DNA of 57,936 bases from a virus (Duplodnaviria; Caudoviricetes), in IMG/VR virus record IMGVR_UViG_3300037424_000596, positions 1 to 57,936 of that record; one strand, 5' to 3'. The first letter of the stretch is position 1, and each line of letters opens with the position of its first letter. This document shows, one piece after another, positions 1-8,774 of this stretch. Both the position numbers and the translations under genes were made by a program. Below the pieces are notes generated by a model. It saw only the letters and a program-made list of their open reading frames with translations. It was not told the DNA's origin and ran no database searches.

Positions 1-448
1 ATCAATGTTATTGACCGCACTTAGCGGCAAGAAGTAGAGTTACGAAAAGTCTGATCTAGGAGAAGAAGCCCTCCGGCCGAAGAAAGCCGGAGGGTTCCTG
101 GGGAAAGGCACCGGAGATAGCGACTCCGATGTGGAATCATTGTATCAGTTGTTGGACAAAACCAGCAACATCAAAACCATCATCGAAAACGCTATCACCC
201 GCCCAAGGTGGATGACTATATGGCGCAAAACTACAGGTCGTGAACTGTTGCTATCGGGCATGAGCGCGGGGAATAAAGCAAACCCTGCGGCGCGGTTGAC
301 CCTCCGGAAGATGCCTCTCGGCCTATGTGTGAACACCGAGAACAGAGACCATATTCGATACGGTAGCAAACAGCACGTGATAGCGGACCCTGTAGGCGAT
401 GATGAATCGCCATAAAAGGGAAACTTACCCTGAATTTGGAGTAGTTAC

Positions 449-1849
449 ATGGGAATAGGAGAACATCAAGGTGCGGCAGCGCAGTACAGCGCTTTCCTGG
501 AAGCAAAGAGGCATACGATTGGATCGTTTGGATTTAAGCCAATTTGGATGCCAAAAAGGGCTTTCGAGTTCCAACAGTGTGTAATCGGCAGGTCGGTGTC
601 TAAGGGACGCTACGGGGTATTTGCCGACACCGGCTTAGGCAAGACCACAATCCAGCTTGCTATTGCTCACAATATCGTGATGAAAACCAACAAGCGCGTA
701 TTGATTCTGACTCCACTGGCTGTGGCGTTCCAGTTCATTGACGAGGCAGCATTGATTGAAGTGCCGGACGTAGATCACAGCAAGGACGGAAGCTTGAAAG
801 GTAAAATCATTATCTGCAACTACGAGCGGCTGCACCTGATGAATCCTGACGACTTCGAGTGCGTGATTTGCGATGAGTCCAGCATTCTGAAAAACTATGC
901 TGGCGCAACCCGTGATTCGATCATCGCATTTATCAAGCGCGTGAAATATCGGTTCCTTGCTACTGCCACACCATCCCCCAATGATTACCTTGAACTTGGC
1001 AACAGCTCGGAAGCGCTCGGCTACATGGGCTACATGGACATGCTCACTAAATTTTTCAAGAGCAACCAAAACAGTGTAGATAGCAACAATCGCAACATTG
1101 GAGAAAAATTTTACCTGAAACCTCACGCCGAAAATGATTTCTTCGCATGGGTAAATCAGTGGTCAATTATGGTTAAGATACCGTCTGACCTTGGCTTTTC
1201 GGATGAAGGGTATGATTTACCGCCCTTGATAACAAACAAACATATCGTTCACAACGAGAAAACATGGTGCATTGATGGCCAATGTTCGCTGTTTGCGATG
1301 CCAGCAAAAACCATGACAGAAGTTCGAGAAGAACAAAAGCTGACAGTTAAAGAGCGTTGCGAAAAAGCCGTAGAACTGGCCGAAGGAAAGACGTCTGTTT
1401 ACTGGTGCAATTTGAATGAAGAGAGCGCCTTGCTTGCTAGCCTTGACCGGGAAGCAATAGAAATCATCGGCGGTATGTCCATCGACAATAAGGAAGAAAT
1501 TCTTGCCGCCTTTGCGCACGGAGAAATCAAAAGGCTTATAACAAAGGCCAAAATGACCAGCATGGGATTGAACTGGCAGCATTGTAACCATACGGTATTT
1601 TTCCCCACATGGAGTTATGAACAGTGGTACCAATCAATCCGAAGGTTTTGGCGTTTCGGTCAGAAAAGCACCGTAACCTGCGACATGGTTATATCAGATG
1701 GACAGGAGCGAGTGCTTGAAGCGCTGAAGCAAAAAACAGAAAAGGCCATCAGCTTTTATGAAAGCCTTGTTGCCAACGCCAACCGAGACTTTCATCAAAC
1801 AACAAAAGAATTTAATCAGCCCATTCAACTACCGAGATTTATAAAATGA
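449..1849 (+). CDS. SF2 (SNF2-like) helicase/ATPase
   Basis: Walker A DTGLGKT, Walker B ICDES, motif III ATATP, helicase-C motifs SMGLNWQ and QSIRRFWRFGQ. Confidence 0.9.
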   Translation: MGIGEHQGAAAQYSAFLEAKRHTIGSFGFKPIWMPKRAFEFQQCVIGRSVSKGRYGVFADTGLGKTTIQLAIAHNIVMKTNKRVLILTPLAVAFQFIDEAALIEVPDVDHSKDGSLKGKIIICNYERLHLMNPDDFECVICDESSILKNYAGATRDSIIAFIKRVKYRFLATATPSPNDYLELGNSSEALGYMGYMDMLTKFFKSNQNSVDSNNRNIGEKFYLKPHAENDFFAWVNQWSIMVKIPSDLGFSDEGYDLPPLITNKHIVHNEKTWCIDGQCSLFAMPAKTMTEVREEQKLTVKERCEKAVELAEGKTSVYWCNLNEESALLASLDREAIEIIGGMSIDNKEEILAAFAHGEIKRLITKAKMTSMGLNWQHCNHTVFFPTWSYEQWYQSIRRFWRFGQKSTVTCDMVISDGQERVLEALKQKTEKAISFYESLVANANRDFHQTTKEFNQPIQLPRFIK

Positions 1850-2865
1850 GCGCAAAAGACCAATTGATAACCGAAGATTATGCTATTTATTGCAGCGATA
1901 GCATGGAAGTGTTACCGACTATCCCATCAGAATCAATCGACTTAAGCATTTATTCGCCGCCCTTTGCTGGGCTGTACAACTACAGCAGCAGTGAGCGCGA
2001 TTTTTCCAACTGTGAAAGCAAAGATCAATTTCTTGAGCAGTATGATTTCCTTGTGGCAGAAATGGCGAGAGTCACAAAGCCGGGAAGAATTACTGCTGTT
2101 CATTGTACAGACGTTTTCGATAACTCTTGTTTCTTGTGGGACTTCCCGCACGAGATTATCAAGATCCACGCCAAGTACGGGTATCACTACCGCAACCGAA
2201 TCACGACATGGAAAGAGCCTTTGAAAGTCAGAATGCGCACGATGGTTAAGAGCCTGATGCACAAGCTGATAGTGGAAGACTCCACACAGTGCTTTACTGC
2301 CATGCCTGATTATGTGCTGGTGTTCACTAAGAATGGCCAGAACCAAGTGCCTGTAACGCACCCTTGTGGCATGAAATACTACGCAGGCGAGACACCGATT
2401 TTGCCAAACATTTTGCAGGCTTGGAATAATGCCAACGACTCCAAATTGACAGCAGAGGAATTGTGGGAGCGACTGAACACCATGTTCCATGATGCGAGCG
2501 ACCCAAAGACAAACAAGCTCAGTCATTACATCTGGCAGCGCTATGCCTCCAGCGTTTGGGATGATATCCGGATCGACAACGTGTTGCCGTACCGAGACAG
2601 CAAGGAAGATGACGATGAAAAGCATGTGCACCCGCTGCAGCTTGATGTGATCGACAGGCTGGTGGACTTGTATAGCAATCGCGGCGAGGTGGTGCTGACC
2701 CCGTTCATGGGTGTTGGTAGTGAGGTATACAGCCCGGTCTCAATGGGGCGCAAGGCCATCGGCATAGAACTCAAGGACAGCTATTACAAGCAGGCTATTA
2801 TAAATTTGCAGCACGCCAAAGACAGGTTCAAGAAGGAGGATCAGCGTCAGGAGATGCTGATATGA
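1846..2865 (+). CDS. DNA N4-cytosine/N6-adenine methyltransferase (beta-class motif order)
   Basis: Catalytic motif IV YSPPF near the N-terminus, SAM-binding TPFMGVGS and IGIELK near the C-terminus; ATGA-coupled to the helicase. Confidence 0.9.
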   Translation: MSAKDQLITEDYAIYCSDSMEVLPTIPSESIDLSIYSPPFAGLYNYSSSERDFSNCESKDQFLEQYDFLVAEMARVTKPGRITAVHCTDVFDNSCFLWDFPHEIIKIHAKYGYHYRNRITTWKEPLKVRMRTMVKSLMHKLIVEDSTQCFTAMPDYVLVFTKNGQNQVPVTHPCGMKYYAGETPILPNILQAWNNANDSKLTAEELWERLNTMFHDASDPKTNKLSHYIWQRYASSVWDDIRIDNVLPYRDSKEDDDEKHVHPLQLDVIDRLVDLYSNRGEVVLTPFMGVGSEVYSPVSMGRKAIGIELKDSYYKQAIINLQHAKDRFKKEDQRQEMLI

Positions 2866-3659
2866 AAGACTTGCTCGGAAAAGACGAAGAAGTGGTAGCC
2901 GGCCAGATGCCCAACTTTGAAGACTTCTACAAGCACTATCCGGTGAAGAAGTCACGTAAAGTGGCCGAAAAATCATGGGAGCGGAAGAATATCACGTGGG
3001 ATCAACTGCGCATCATCGTGATCGACATCCGGCGCCGGCTGAAGTGGCGCGAGTGGCGACTGGAAGAACCGCAGTACATCCCTCACCCATCGACCTACTT
3101 GAATCAAGAGCGATGGACGGATACCGAGGATCTGCTGGCGCAACGAGCGGACAGCAATAATTTTGTGGCGCTGCCACCGGCAAACAAAAATGGGGTCATT
3201 GAGCGTGACTGGACTCCTGACGCTGAAGCTGTGGCCATTCTGCAGCGTGGGGGTATAAGCGTGCCATTTATCGAAGACGCCGTGGCTGAATTCGCCTTGT
3301 ACTGGAGAGAAAACGCCACACCAAATACGCAGTGGAACACGAAGTTCATCGCGCATGTGCGGCGCCAGTGGGTGAAGTACACGCATGCGCTGGAGCACGA
3401 CACCACACCGCGGCCGATCCCGCCGGATTTCCAGCCCGACCCGGCCTGCCTCGACGTGCTGGCCATGGCCAACATCGACATCGACTTCGCGCTGGCGCAG
3501 CTGCCTGAATTCCTGCTGTACTGGCAGGACCGCAAAGAGGCGCACAGCTCCTGGAACACCAAGTTCCTGCAGCACGTCAAATACAAGTGGGCGCAGCACA
3601 TGCAGCCGGCCGGTCAACCGCTGCTGGAGCGCCTGACAGACCGGAGCTGGGCAGAATGA
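2862..3659 (+). CDS. Replication protein with two DnaT-like ssDNA-binding repeats
   Basis: Phage replication-protein N-terminus (FEDFYKHYPVKK...YIPHPSTYLNQERW), then two repeats of W/F-x-PD...EF-x-LYW...WNTKF-x-x-HV. Confidence 0.75.
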   Translation: MKDLLGKDEEVVAGQMPNFEDFYKHYPVKKSRKVAEKSWERKNITWDQLRIIVIDIRRRLKWREWRLEEPQYIPHPSTYLNQERWTDTEDLLAQRADSNNFVALPPANKNGVIERDWTPDAEAVAILQRGGISVPFIEDAVAEFALYWRENATPNTQWNTKFIAHVRRQWVKYTHALEHDTTPRPIPPDFQPDPACLDVLAMANIDIDFALAQLPEFLLYWQDRKEAHSSWNTKFLQHVKYKWAQHMQPAGQPLLERLTDRSWAE

Positions 3660-5254
3660 ACACATTATTGGATTTCGGCAGTATCTGCAGCGGTATTGAA
3701 GCGGCAAGCGTGGCATGGGAGCCGTTGGGCTGGCGCGCATCGTGGTTCAGTGAGATTGACCCTTTTGCCAACTCGGTTCTGGCGCACCACTTCCCCGACA
3801 CCCCAAACCATGGCGACATGACAACGCTACCGGAGCGCATCCGATCCGGCGAAGTAAAAGCACCGAGCCTGCTATGCGGTGGCACCCCCTGCCAGGCGTT
3901 CAGCGTGGCCGGCAACCGCGAATCGCTGGGCGATGCCCGTGGCAACCTTTCCCTTGTTTTCTGTGGAGTAGCAAATGCAATTGACGATGTTCGACAACAA
4001 CGAAGTGAGCCAGAAGCCATCATCGTGTGGGAAAACGTGCCAGGCGTCCTCAGCACCAAGGATAACGCCTTCGGCTGCTTTCTGGCAGAGCTTGCCGGCG
4101 AAGACAGCCCGCTGCAGCCTGCAGGGAAAAGATGGTCGGACGCTGGTTGTGTGTATGGACCCAAAAGGACGGTCGCATGGCGAATCCTTGATGCCCAATA
4201 TTTCGGCTTGGCCCAACGACGCAAGCGTGTGTTCGTTGTGGCAAGTGCTCGAAACGACTTTGATCCCTGCGCGGTACTTTTTGAGTTCGACGGCGTGCGC
4301 CGGGATTCTGCGCCGAGCCGAGAAGCGCGGGAAGAAGTTGCCGGAACCTTTGAGGCTCGCACTGGAGCAGGCGGTTTCCCCGGCACGGATGGAGCCTGCA
4401 GCAACCACGTTGTCCCAGGATGCTGGTGGGACGGCGGACAAATAAGCCAGACCCTCGACGCAGTCCTTTACAAAGGCCAGACGATGCCGGAGAAGAACCG
4501 GTTTCCGGCAGTGCTGCAGCCGGTTGCTATCACGCAGTTCGGCGAAACCGCGGGCACGCTGACAGCGCGGCACGACAGCAGCCCATGCCACGACAGGGGA
4601 ATGAATGTCGTTGCTTTCCATCCCACGCAAGACCCAATCAGCAGTACCGATGGCAGCACGCATGCTTTAGGGTGCGGATCGTCAGGCGGACAGGCAAGCG
4701 TAGCGGTGGCGGTATCACTGCGAGGCCGGGAGGGTGGAGGCACTGCAGAGCTTGGCGATGATCTGCAAAACTGCTTGCGAGCATCAGGTGGCGGAGGCGA
4801 CAAGCCGCATGTGCTTACAGGTATCGCCTACCCACTCGACCTACGCAACGCCCTGCGCGACCCGGAGAAGTATGACGAGCAGAACCGCCAGGGTGTCGGC
4901 ACTGGTGATGATGGCGACCCAGCCCCAACGCTGACTAAGGCGCATGTGCATGGAGTGGCGACCGCCATGCAAGTCCGCCGCCTCACAGCCCGCGAGTGCG
5001 AGCGGCTGCAGGGATTTCCGGACAACTGGACGCTGGTCCCGCACGGCACGAACCGCGCGAAAGACTTCCGGGAATGGCTGGAGTACCTGCGCCTGCGCAT
5101 CGGTGGTCTGACTGAGAAAGAGGCGCGCACCCTGGCCGCTGACGGCCCGCGCTACAAAGCCATCGGCAATAGCTGGGCTGTGAATGTCGCCCACTGGCTC
5201 GGCGCCAGAATCGACAAACACCTACAGGAGGTTGGTCTGGAGAAGCAACAATGA
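3656..5254 (+). CDS. DNA cytosine-C5 methyltransferase
   Basis: Motifs I (CSGIEA), IV (GGTPCQAFS), VI (ENV), VIII (QRRKRVF), IX (RRLTARECERLQGFP), X (RYKAIGNS); start placed at ATG 3656 (ATGA overlap) rather than 3587. Confidence 0.93.
   Translation: MNTLLDFGSICSGIEAASVAWEPLGWRASWFSEIDPFANSVLAHHFPDTPNHGDMTTLPERIRSGEVKAPSLLCGGTPCQAFSVAGNRESLGDARGNLSLVFCGVANAIDDVRQQRSEPEAIIVWENVPGVLSTKDNAFGCFLAELAGEDSPLQPAGKRWSDAGCVYGPKRTVAWRILDAQYFGLAQRRKRVFVVASARNDFDPCAVLFEFDGVRRDSAPSREAREEVAGTFEARTGAGGFPGTDGACSNHVVPGCWWDGGQISQTLDAVLYKGQTMPEKNRFPAVLQPVAITQFGETAGTLTARHDSSPCHDRGMNVVAFHPTQDPISSTDGSTHALGCGSSGGQASVAVAVSLRGREGGGTAELGDDLQNCLRASGGGGDKPHVLTGIAYPLDLRNALRDPEKYDEQNRQGVGTGDDGDPAPTLTKAHVHGVATAMQVRRLTARECERLQGFPDNWTLVPHGTNRAKDFREWLEYLRLRIGGLTEKEARTLAADGPRYKAIGNSWAVNVAHWLGARIDKHLQEVGLEKQQ
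3975..4445 (+). CDS. Nested +1-frame gene inside the C5 methyltransferase (probable small/beta subunit)
   Basis: ATG preceded by GGAG at 3965-3968; C-terminal SLWQVLET..IPARYFLSSTACAGILRRAEKRGKKLP resembles alternative-frame polypeptides of phage C5 methyltransferases. Confidence 0.7.
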   Translation: MQLTMFDNNEVSQKPSSCGKTCQASSAPRITPSAAFWQSLPAKTARCSLQGKDGRTLVVCMDPKGRSHGESLMPNISAWPNDASVCSLWQVLETTLIPARYFLSSTACAGILRRAEKRGKKLPEPLRLALEQAVSPARMEPAATTLSQDAGGTADK

Positions 5255-5733
5255 AAAACCTGTGGATGAAGCGCATCGGCAAAACCCTGGTACCCATTGA
5301 CGAGCACACCGACGAGCGCATGGCTGACATCAAGGAAGGCATCCGCCTGAAGGTGTCCTGTGTCTACCCGCGCGATGTGGAGCAGCACAACCGATTCTTC
5401 GCCATGCTGCGTTTTGCTTTCGACTACTGGGAGCCGCCCGCAATGCAGATAGGAAATATGAGCGCTGTGAAAGAGTTCGAAACTTTCCGGGAGAACGTCA
5501 TTGTCATGGCCGGGTTTCGTTATCCTGTTATCAACACAGACGGCAGCTTCACTTGGAAAGCCAAAAGCATTTCGTTTGATGACATGGCCCCCGAGGATTT
5601 CAACAAGTGCTATCAGGCCTGCTTCAGCGTCCTGTACGACATGGTGCTGTCATCCGTGGAGGGCATGAGTCTGCACGAAATCAATATGGCACTGAACAAG
5701 ATTACCAAGTTTGAGGAAAAGCACCGTGCCTAG
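5251..5733 (+). CDS. DUF1367/NinB-like protein
   Basis: PR...HNRFFAML and AKSISFDDM...F..CY motifs; directly upstream of NinG. Confidence 0.75.
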   Translation: MKNLWMKRIGKTLVPIDEHTDERMADIKEGIRLKVSCVYPRDVEQHNRFFAMLRFAFDYWEPPAMQIGNMSAVKEFETFRENVIVMAGFRYPVINTDGSFTWKAKSISFDDMAPEDFNKCYQACFSVLYDMVLSSVEGMSLHEINMALNKITKFEEKHRA

Positions 5734-6445
5734 ACGTTGCCGCAACTGCAAGATGCACAGGATCCCAAAAACAGCGCCACCCCGGCAGTTCTGGTGCAGC
5801 GACCCATGCCTTGACGCCATTATCAAGAAGACGCTGGACGACAAGCAGGCGATGGCAAAGGCTTCGCAGAAGATGCAGGGGGCAAAACACCGTCAGGCCA
5901 AGCAGAAACTGAAAGAGGATAGCCTGCCAAAACAGGTATCACTAACCCAGGCAGACTTCAATATACTGGTGCGGATGATCGATGAGTGCGCCGACCTTCC
6001 CTGCATCAGTTGCGGTAGGCACGACTGGGAGATTGACGAGAAGCCAACAGGCGGCAAGTGGGACTGTGGCCACTTCATCACGGTAGGTGCTCATCCTGAA
6101 CTGCGGTTTGTCTTCATCAACGCGGGACGCCAGTGTAAGAGTTGTAACGGTGGTAGTGGGCGCTTCACGCGCAAGAATAGAACAGTGAGCGAAGAATACA
6201 AAGAGCGCCTGCAGGCTCGCATAGGGACCGATCTTGTAGCGTGGCTGGAGCGCGACGATCATCCGGCAGCAAAGTATCAGGCTGTTGAGTTAATTGTTTT
6301 TCGCAAGATACTGACCGCAGAACAACGTTTCATTACAAAACACTGCAAGCCTAGTCGAGAGTGGCGAGCACTGCCGACCGATTTCCGCACATGGGACTTC
6401 TACCAGGTAGCCCTTAATGAGCACTTGCAGTCAAAGGCGGACTGA
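5726..6445 (+). CDS. ninG: NinG/Rap-like recombination endonuclease
   Basis: N-terminal CxxC...CSxxC, PCISCG, WDCGHF, ELRF...N...QCKSCN; start uncertain (5711 or 5726). Confidence 0.85.
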   Translation: MPRRCRNCKMHRIPKTAPPRQFWCSDPCLDAIIKKTLDDKQAMAKASQKMQGAKHRQAKQKLKEDSLPKQVSLTQADFNILVRMIDECADLPCISCGRHDWEIDEKPTGGKWDCGHFITVGAHPELRFVFINAGRQCKSCNGGSGRFTRKNRTVSEEYKERLQARIGTDLVAWLERDDHPAAKYQAVELIVFRKILTAEQRFITKHCKPSREWRALPTDFRTWDFYQVALNEHLQSKAD

Positions 6446-6484
6446 ACATAATTAGGAAACCCCCAGTTTTTGAGGAACGCACGG

Positions 6485-6832
6485 ATGTCGGGAGAGCAAC
6501 ACGCCACCATGGAGCCACTGTGGAATAAAATCCACGAGCACAGCGACCGAATCGGAGAGTTGAGATTGCAAACCGCCGTGCAGGAAAAAAGCCTCGAATC
6601 CATCCGCAGAGAGTTCAATGAAATGCAGGCGCGGATAGCTGGGCAATACGGCGAACTGAACGGGAATCTGCAAAACCTGAATGGCAGAGTGCAGACGGTT
6701 TTGGATGACATGAACGCCCGGCGCGGCGCACAGGAAGAGCGCAAGCGCACATCGGTCGATTTCCGTTGGGTTATCGGCATACTTCTAACCGCGATGGGTT
6801 TGGTCATCGCCTATTACGCGAGCTACGCATGA
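6485..6832 (+). CDS. Coiled-coil protein with C-terminal transmembrane helix (holin-like candidate)
   Basis: Hydrophobic C-terminus WVIGILLTAMGLVIAYY; immediately upstream of, and coupled to, the endolysin. Confidence 0.5.
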   Translation: MSGEQHATMEPLWNKIHEHSDRIGELRLQTAVQEKSLESIRREFNEMQARIAGQYGELNGNLQNLNGRVQTVLDDMNARRGAQEERKRTSVDFRWVIGILLTAMGLVIAYYASYA

Positions 6833-7326
6833 ACAGTTCAGACCAACGACTTACCGCCAATTTCCAGCTGTCCGAGTTCCTTCGCAGCGAAACTGCAACA
6901 CGCCGCGGCATTGATAACTCCCCAGACGATCAAAGCCTGCGCAACATCCGCGAGCACCTGGCGCCCGGCATGCAGCGCATCCGTGATTTACTCAATGAAA
7001 CGCACAGGGCTCAAGGTGGCGCATCCGACATCTACATCACTGTTTCCAGCGGATACCGAGGACTGGCCCTGAACAGCGCTATCGGTGGCAGCACAAAGAG
7101 CCAGCACATGTTGGGATTGGCCGCCGATTTCACCGCCCCGCGCTTCGGCACGCCGCTGGAAATTTGCCGGCTACTGCATCAGTACAAGGAACGCATCCGG
7201 TTCGATCAGTTGATCCACGAAGGATCATGGACACATGTGAGCTTCACTGGCGCTCCGCGACTTTCCATTCTCACGGCACATTTTGAAAACGGCCGAGTAC
7301 GCTACACGGAGGGTTTGACTGCATGA
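6829..7326 (+). CDS. Endolysin, peptidase M15 family
   Basis: LTANFQLSEF, SSGYR..LN..IGG...SQH..G.AAD, FDQLIHE..WTHVS; start at ATG 6829 (ATGA overlap). Confidence 0.9.
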   Translation: MNSSDQRLTANFQLSEFLRSETATRRGIDNSPDDQSLRNIREHLAPGMQRIRDLLNETHRAQGGASDIYITVSSGYRGLALNSAIGGSTKSQHMLGLAADFTAPRFGTPLEICRLLHQYKERIRFDQLIHEGSWTHVSFTGAPRLSILTAHFENGRVRYTEGLTA

Positions 7327-7721
7327 TCAAATACACCTGCGGCTACAAGTACCAGCTGTTCAGCGACTACAGAATTGAGCTACCTGAACCATTCTGCGCC
7401 CACACATTTTCAGCTAGATTTTTTGCGCTTGAGGGTGGGGTGCTGACCATTCGGACTGGATATGCCTGGAATGGCGCATCAGGCCCAACATGGGACGATA
7501 AGAGCAACATGCGCGGGTCTCTGGTCCACGATGCTCTGTATCAGGCGATCATTGAGGGCCACTTGCCGCGCACGCTGCGCGCAGAAGCGGATGCATTGCT
7601 GCATGCGATGTGTGTTGAGGATGGCATGAACTCAATTCGCGCTGGCGTATGGTTATGGGCAGTCAGGCGTCACGGGCTCACTCCATCAATACGCAACAAA
7701 GACATATTTGTGGCACCGTAA
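7323..7721 (+). CDS. DUF1353-like protein
   Basis: GYAWNGAS, SLVHDALYQ, R..AD, RA...WAVR motifs; in the lysis region. Confidence 0.7.
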   Translation: MIKYTCGYKYQLFSDYRIELPEPFCAHTFSARFFALEGGVLTIRTGYAWNGASGPTWDDKSNMRGSLVHDALYQAIIEGHLPRTLRAEADALLHAMCVEDGMNSIRAGVWLWAVRRHGLTPSIRNKDIFVAP

Positions 7722-7728
7722 ACTTAAA

Positions 7729-7757
7729 TTTACAAAATTCAGCGGCAGCATTATTAT
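7729..7757 (+). promoter_or_regulatory. Sigma70-like promoter
   Basis: TTTACA-N17-TATTAT in the gap upstream of the lipoprotein/tRNA unit. Confidence 0.5.
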
Positions 7758-7788
7758 CGGCACCCAACCACCACACAGGAAGAAGGCC

Positions 7789-8223
7789 ATGAAGAGAACA
7801 CTGATCAACCTTGTCATTATGTGCGTCCTACTGCTCGAAAGCGCTTTGCTCATCAGCTGCCAGATGGCCCAGGGCGGAGCTGTGCCCCAGATCGCATTTC
7901 AATATGCGACTGTCCGAGCCATTCAGGAGTCGGAAGAAATCACCCGGGATGATGCCTTCGAGTTCGTGACTGTAGCCAGGCGCATACTTGAGCAAGATAC
8001 AACCGGCACGGCTGACGTCGTGATGCTTGCCATCCGGGAGCAGATCGACTGGACGCGACTATCACCGGAAAGCCGGATCTTGGTCGAACTGGTCTTCACC
8101 TACGCGCGCCAGCACATCGAACAGTCCACGGTATCCATCGGATCAGAAGCGGCCCGAACATCAGCCCTGGCGATTCTCGGATGGATCGAGCAGGGCGCTA
8201 CATTGGCCAACCCGGAGACCTGA
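7789..8223 (+). CDS. Putative lipoprotein
   Basis: MKR, a hydrophobic stretch, then lipobox-like LLISC; start at ATG 7789. Confidence 0.55.
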   Translation: MKRTLINLVIMCVLLLESALLISCQMAQGGAVPQIAFQYATVRAIQESEEITRDDAFEFVTVARRILEQDTTGTADVVMLAIREQIDWTRLSPESRILVELVFTYARQHIEQSTVSIGSEAARTSALAILGWIEQGATLANPET

Positions 8224-8226
8224 TCC

Positions 8227-8376
8227 GTGAAAAGCAAAAGACCCAGCTTCAAAGCGTGGTGGCACTGCAACGACCCGGAATACTTTCCGCACTGCCTGTG
8301 GGATGACCTGCTGCTGCTCGCCGCCGCGGTAATTTTCGGGCTCGCTGCCTTCGGAGCCTACAAGATATTCTTTTGA
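8227..8376 (+). CDS. Small membrane protein (49 aa)
   Basis: Translated by hand: MKSKRPSFKAWWHCNDPEYFPHCLWDDLLLLAAAVIFGLAAFGAYKIFF; fills the gap before the tRNA. Confidence 0.5.
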   Translation: MKSKRPSFKAWWHCNDPEYFPHCLWDDLLLLAAAVIFGLAAFGAYKIFF

Positions 8377-8381
8377 TTCAT

Positions 8382-8454
8382 AGCGGGGTAGTTCAGAGGT
8401 CAGAACGCTGGACTCATAATCCGGAGGTCGCAGGTTCAAATCCTGCCCCCGCTA
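8382..8454 (+). tRNA. tRNA-Met (anticodon CAT), 3' CCA not encoded
   Basis: Acceptor AGCGGGG/CCCCGCT, D-stem GTTC/GAAC, anticodon arm CTGGA-CTCATAA-TCCGG, T-arm GCAGG-TTCAAAT-CCTGC. Confidence 0.93.
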
Positions 8455-8471
8455 CCGCATCAAGGTAAACC

Positions 8472-8774
8472 ATGACCGAAAAGATCAAGTACATCCCTTG
8501 CAACGATGCCGAGCGCACCTACCACTTCATGATGGACGGCATGCGCTTCAGCGAAACATTCACAGACGTGGTAGCCGAGGACGAGGAATATCCCGGCAAC
8601 ATCAAGCTGGCCGATGGTCGCTGTGTAGAGCTGATACCCGCCTGGTTCGGCATGACGCGCCTCAAACGAGAAACGGCCACGATAGTCACCCTTAATGTGG
8701 TCACTGTCACCAAAGGCGATTCCCCTGCGCCTGAACAACCTGGGGATGGTAGCGGGGCAAGCATTCTGGGATGA
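8472..8774 (+). CDS. Hypothetical protein
   Basis: ORF with AAGG RBS after the tRNA; coupled to the next ORF. Confidence 0.6.
   Translation: MTEKIKYIPCNDAERTYHFMMDGMRFSETFTDVVAEDEEYPGNIKLADGRCVELIPAWFGMTRLKRETATIVTLNVVTVTKGDSPAPEQPGDGSGASILG

Noticed and set aside
131-415. 94-aa ORF upstream of the helicase
   Set aside because: No clear RBS, no motif, and it lies in a hairpin-rich region more consistent with non-coding function.
3587-3655. Upstream-extended starts given by the ORF track (also 6766, 7708, 12021, 16964, 27266, 51336, 52099, 57067)
   Set aside because: Downstream starts have RBSs or stop-start overlaps and avoid long overlaps with neighbouring genes or promoters.
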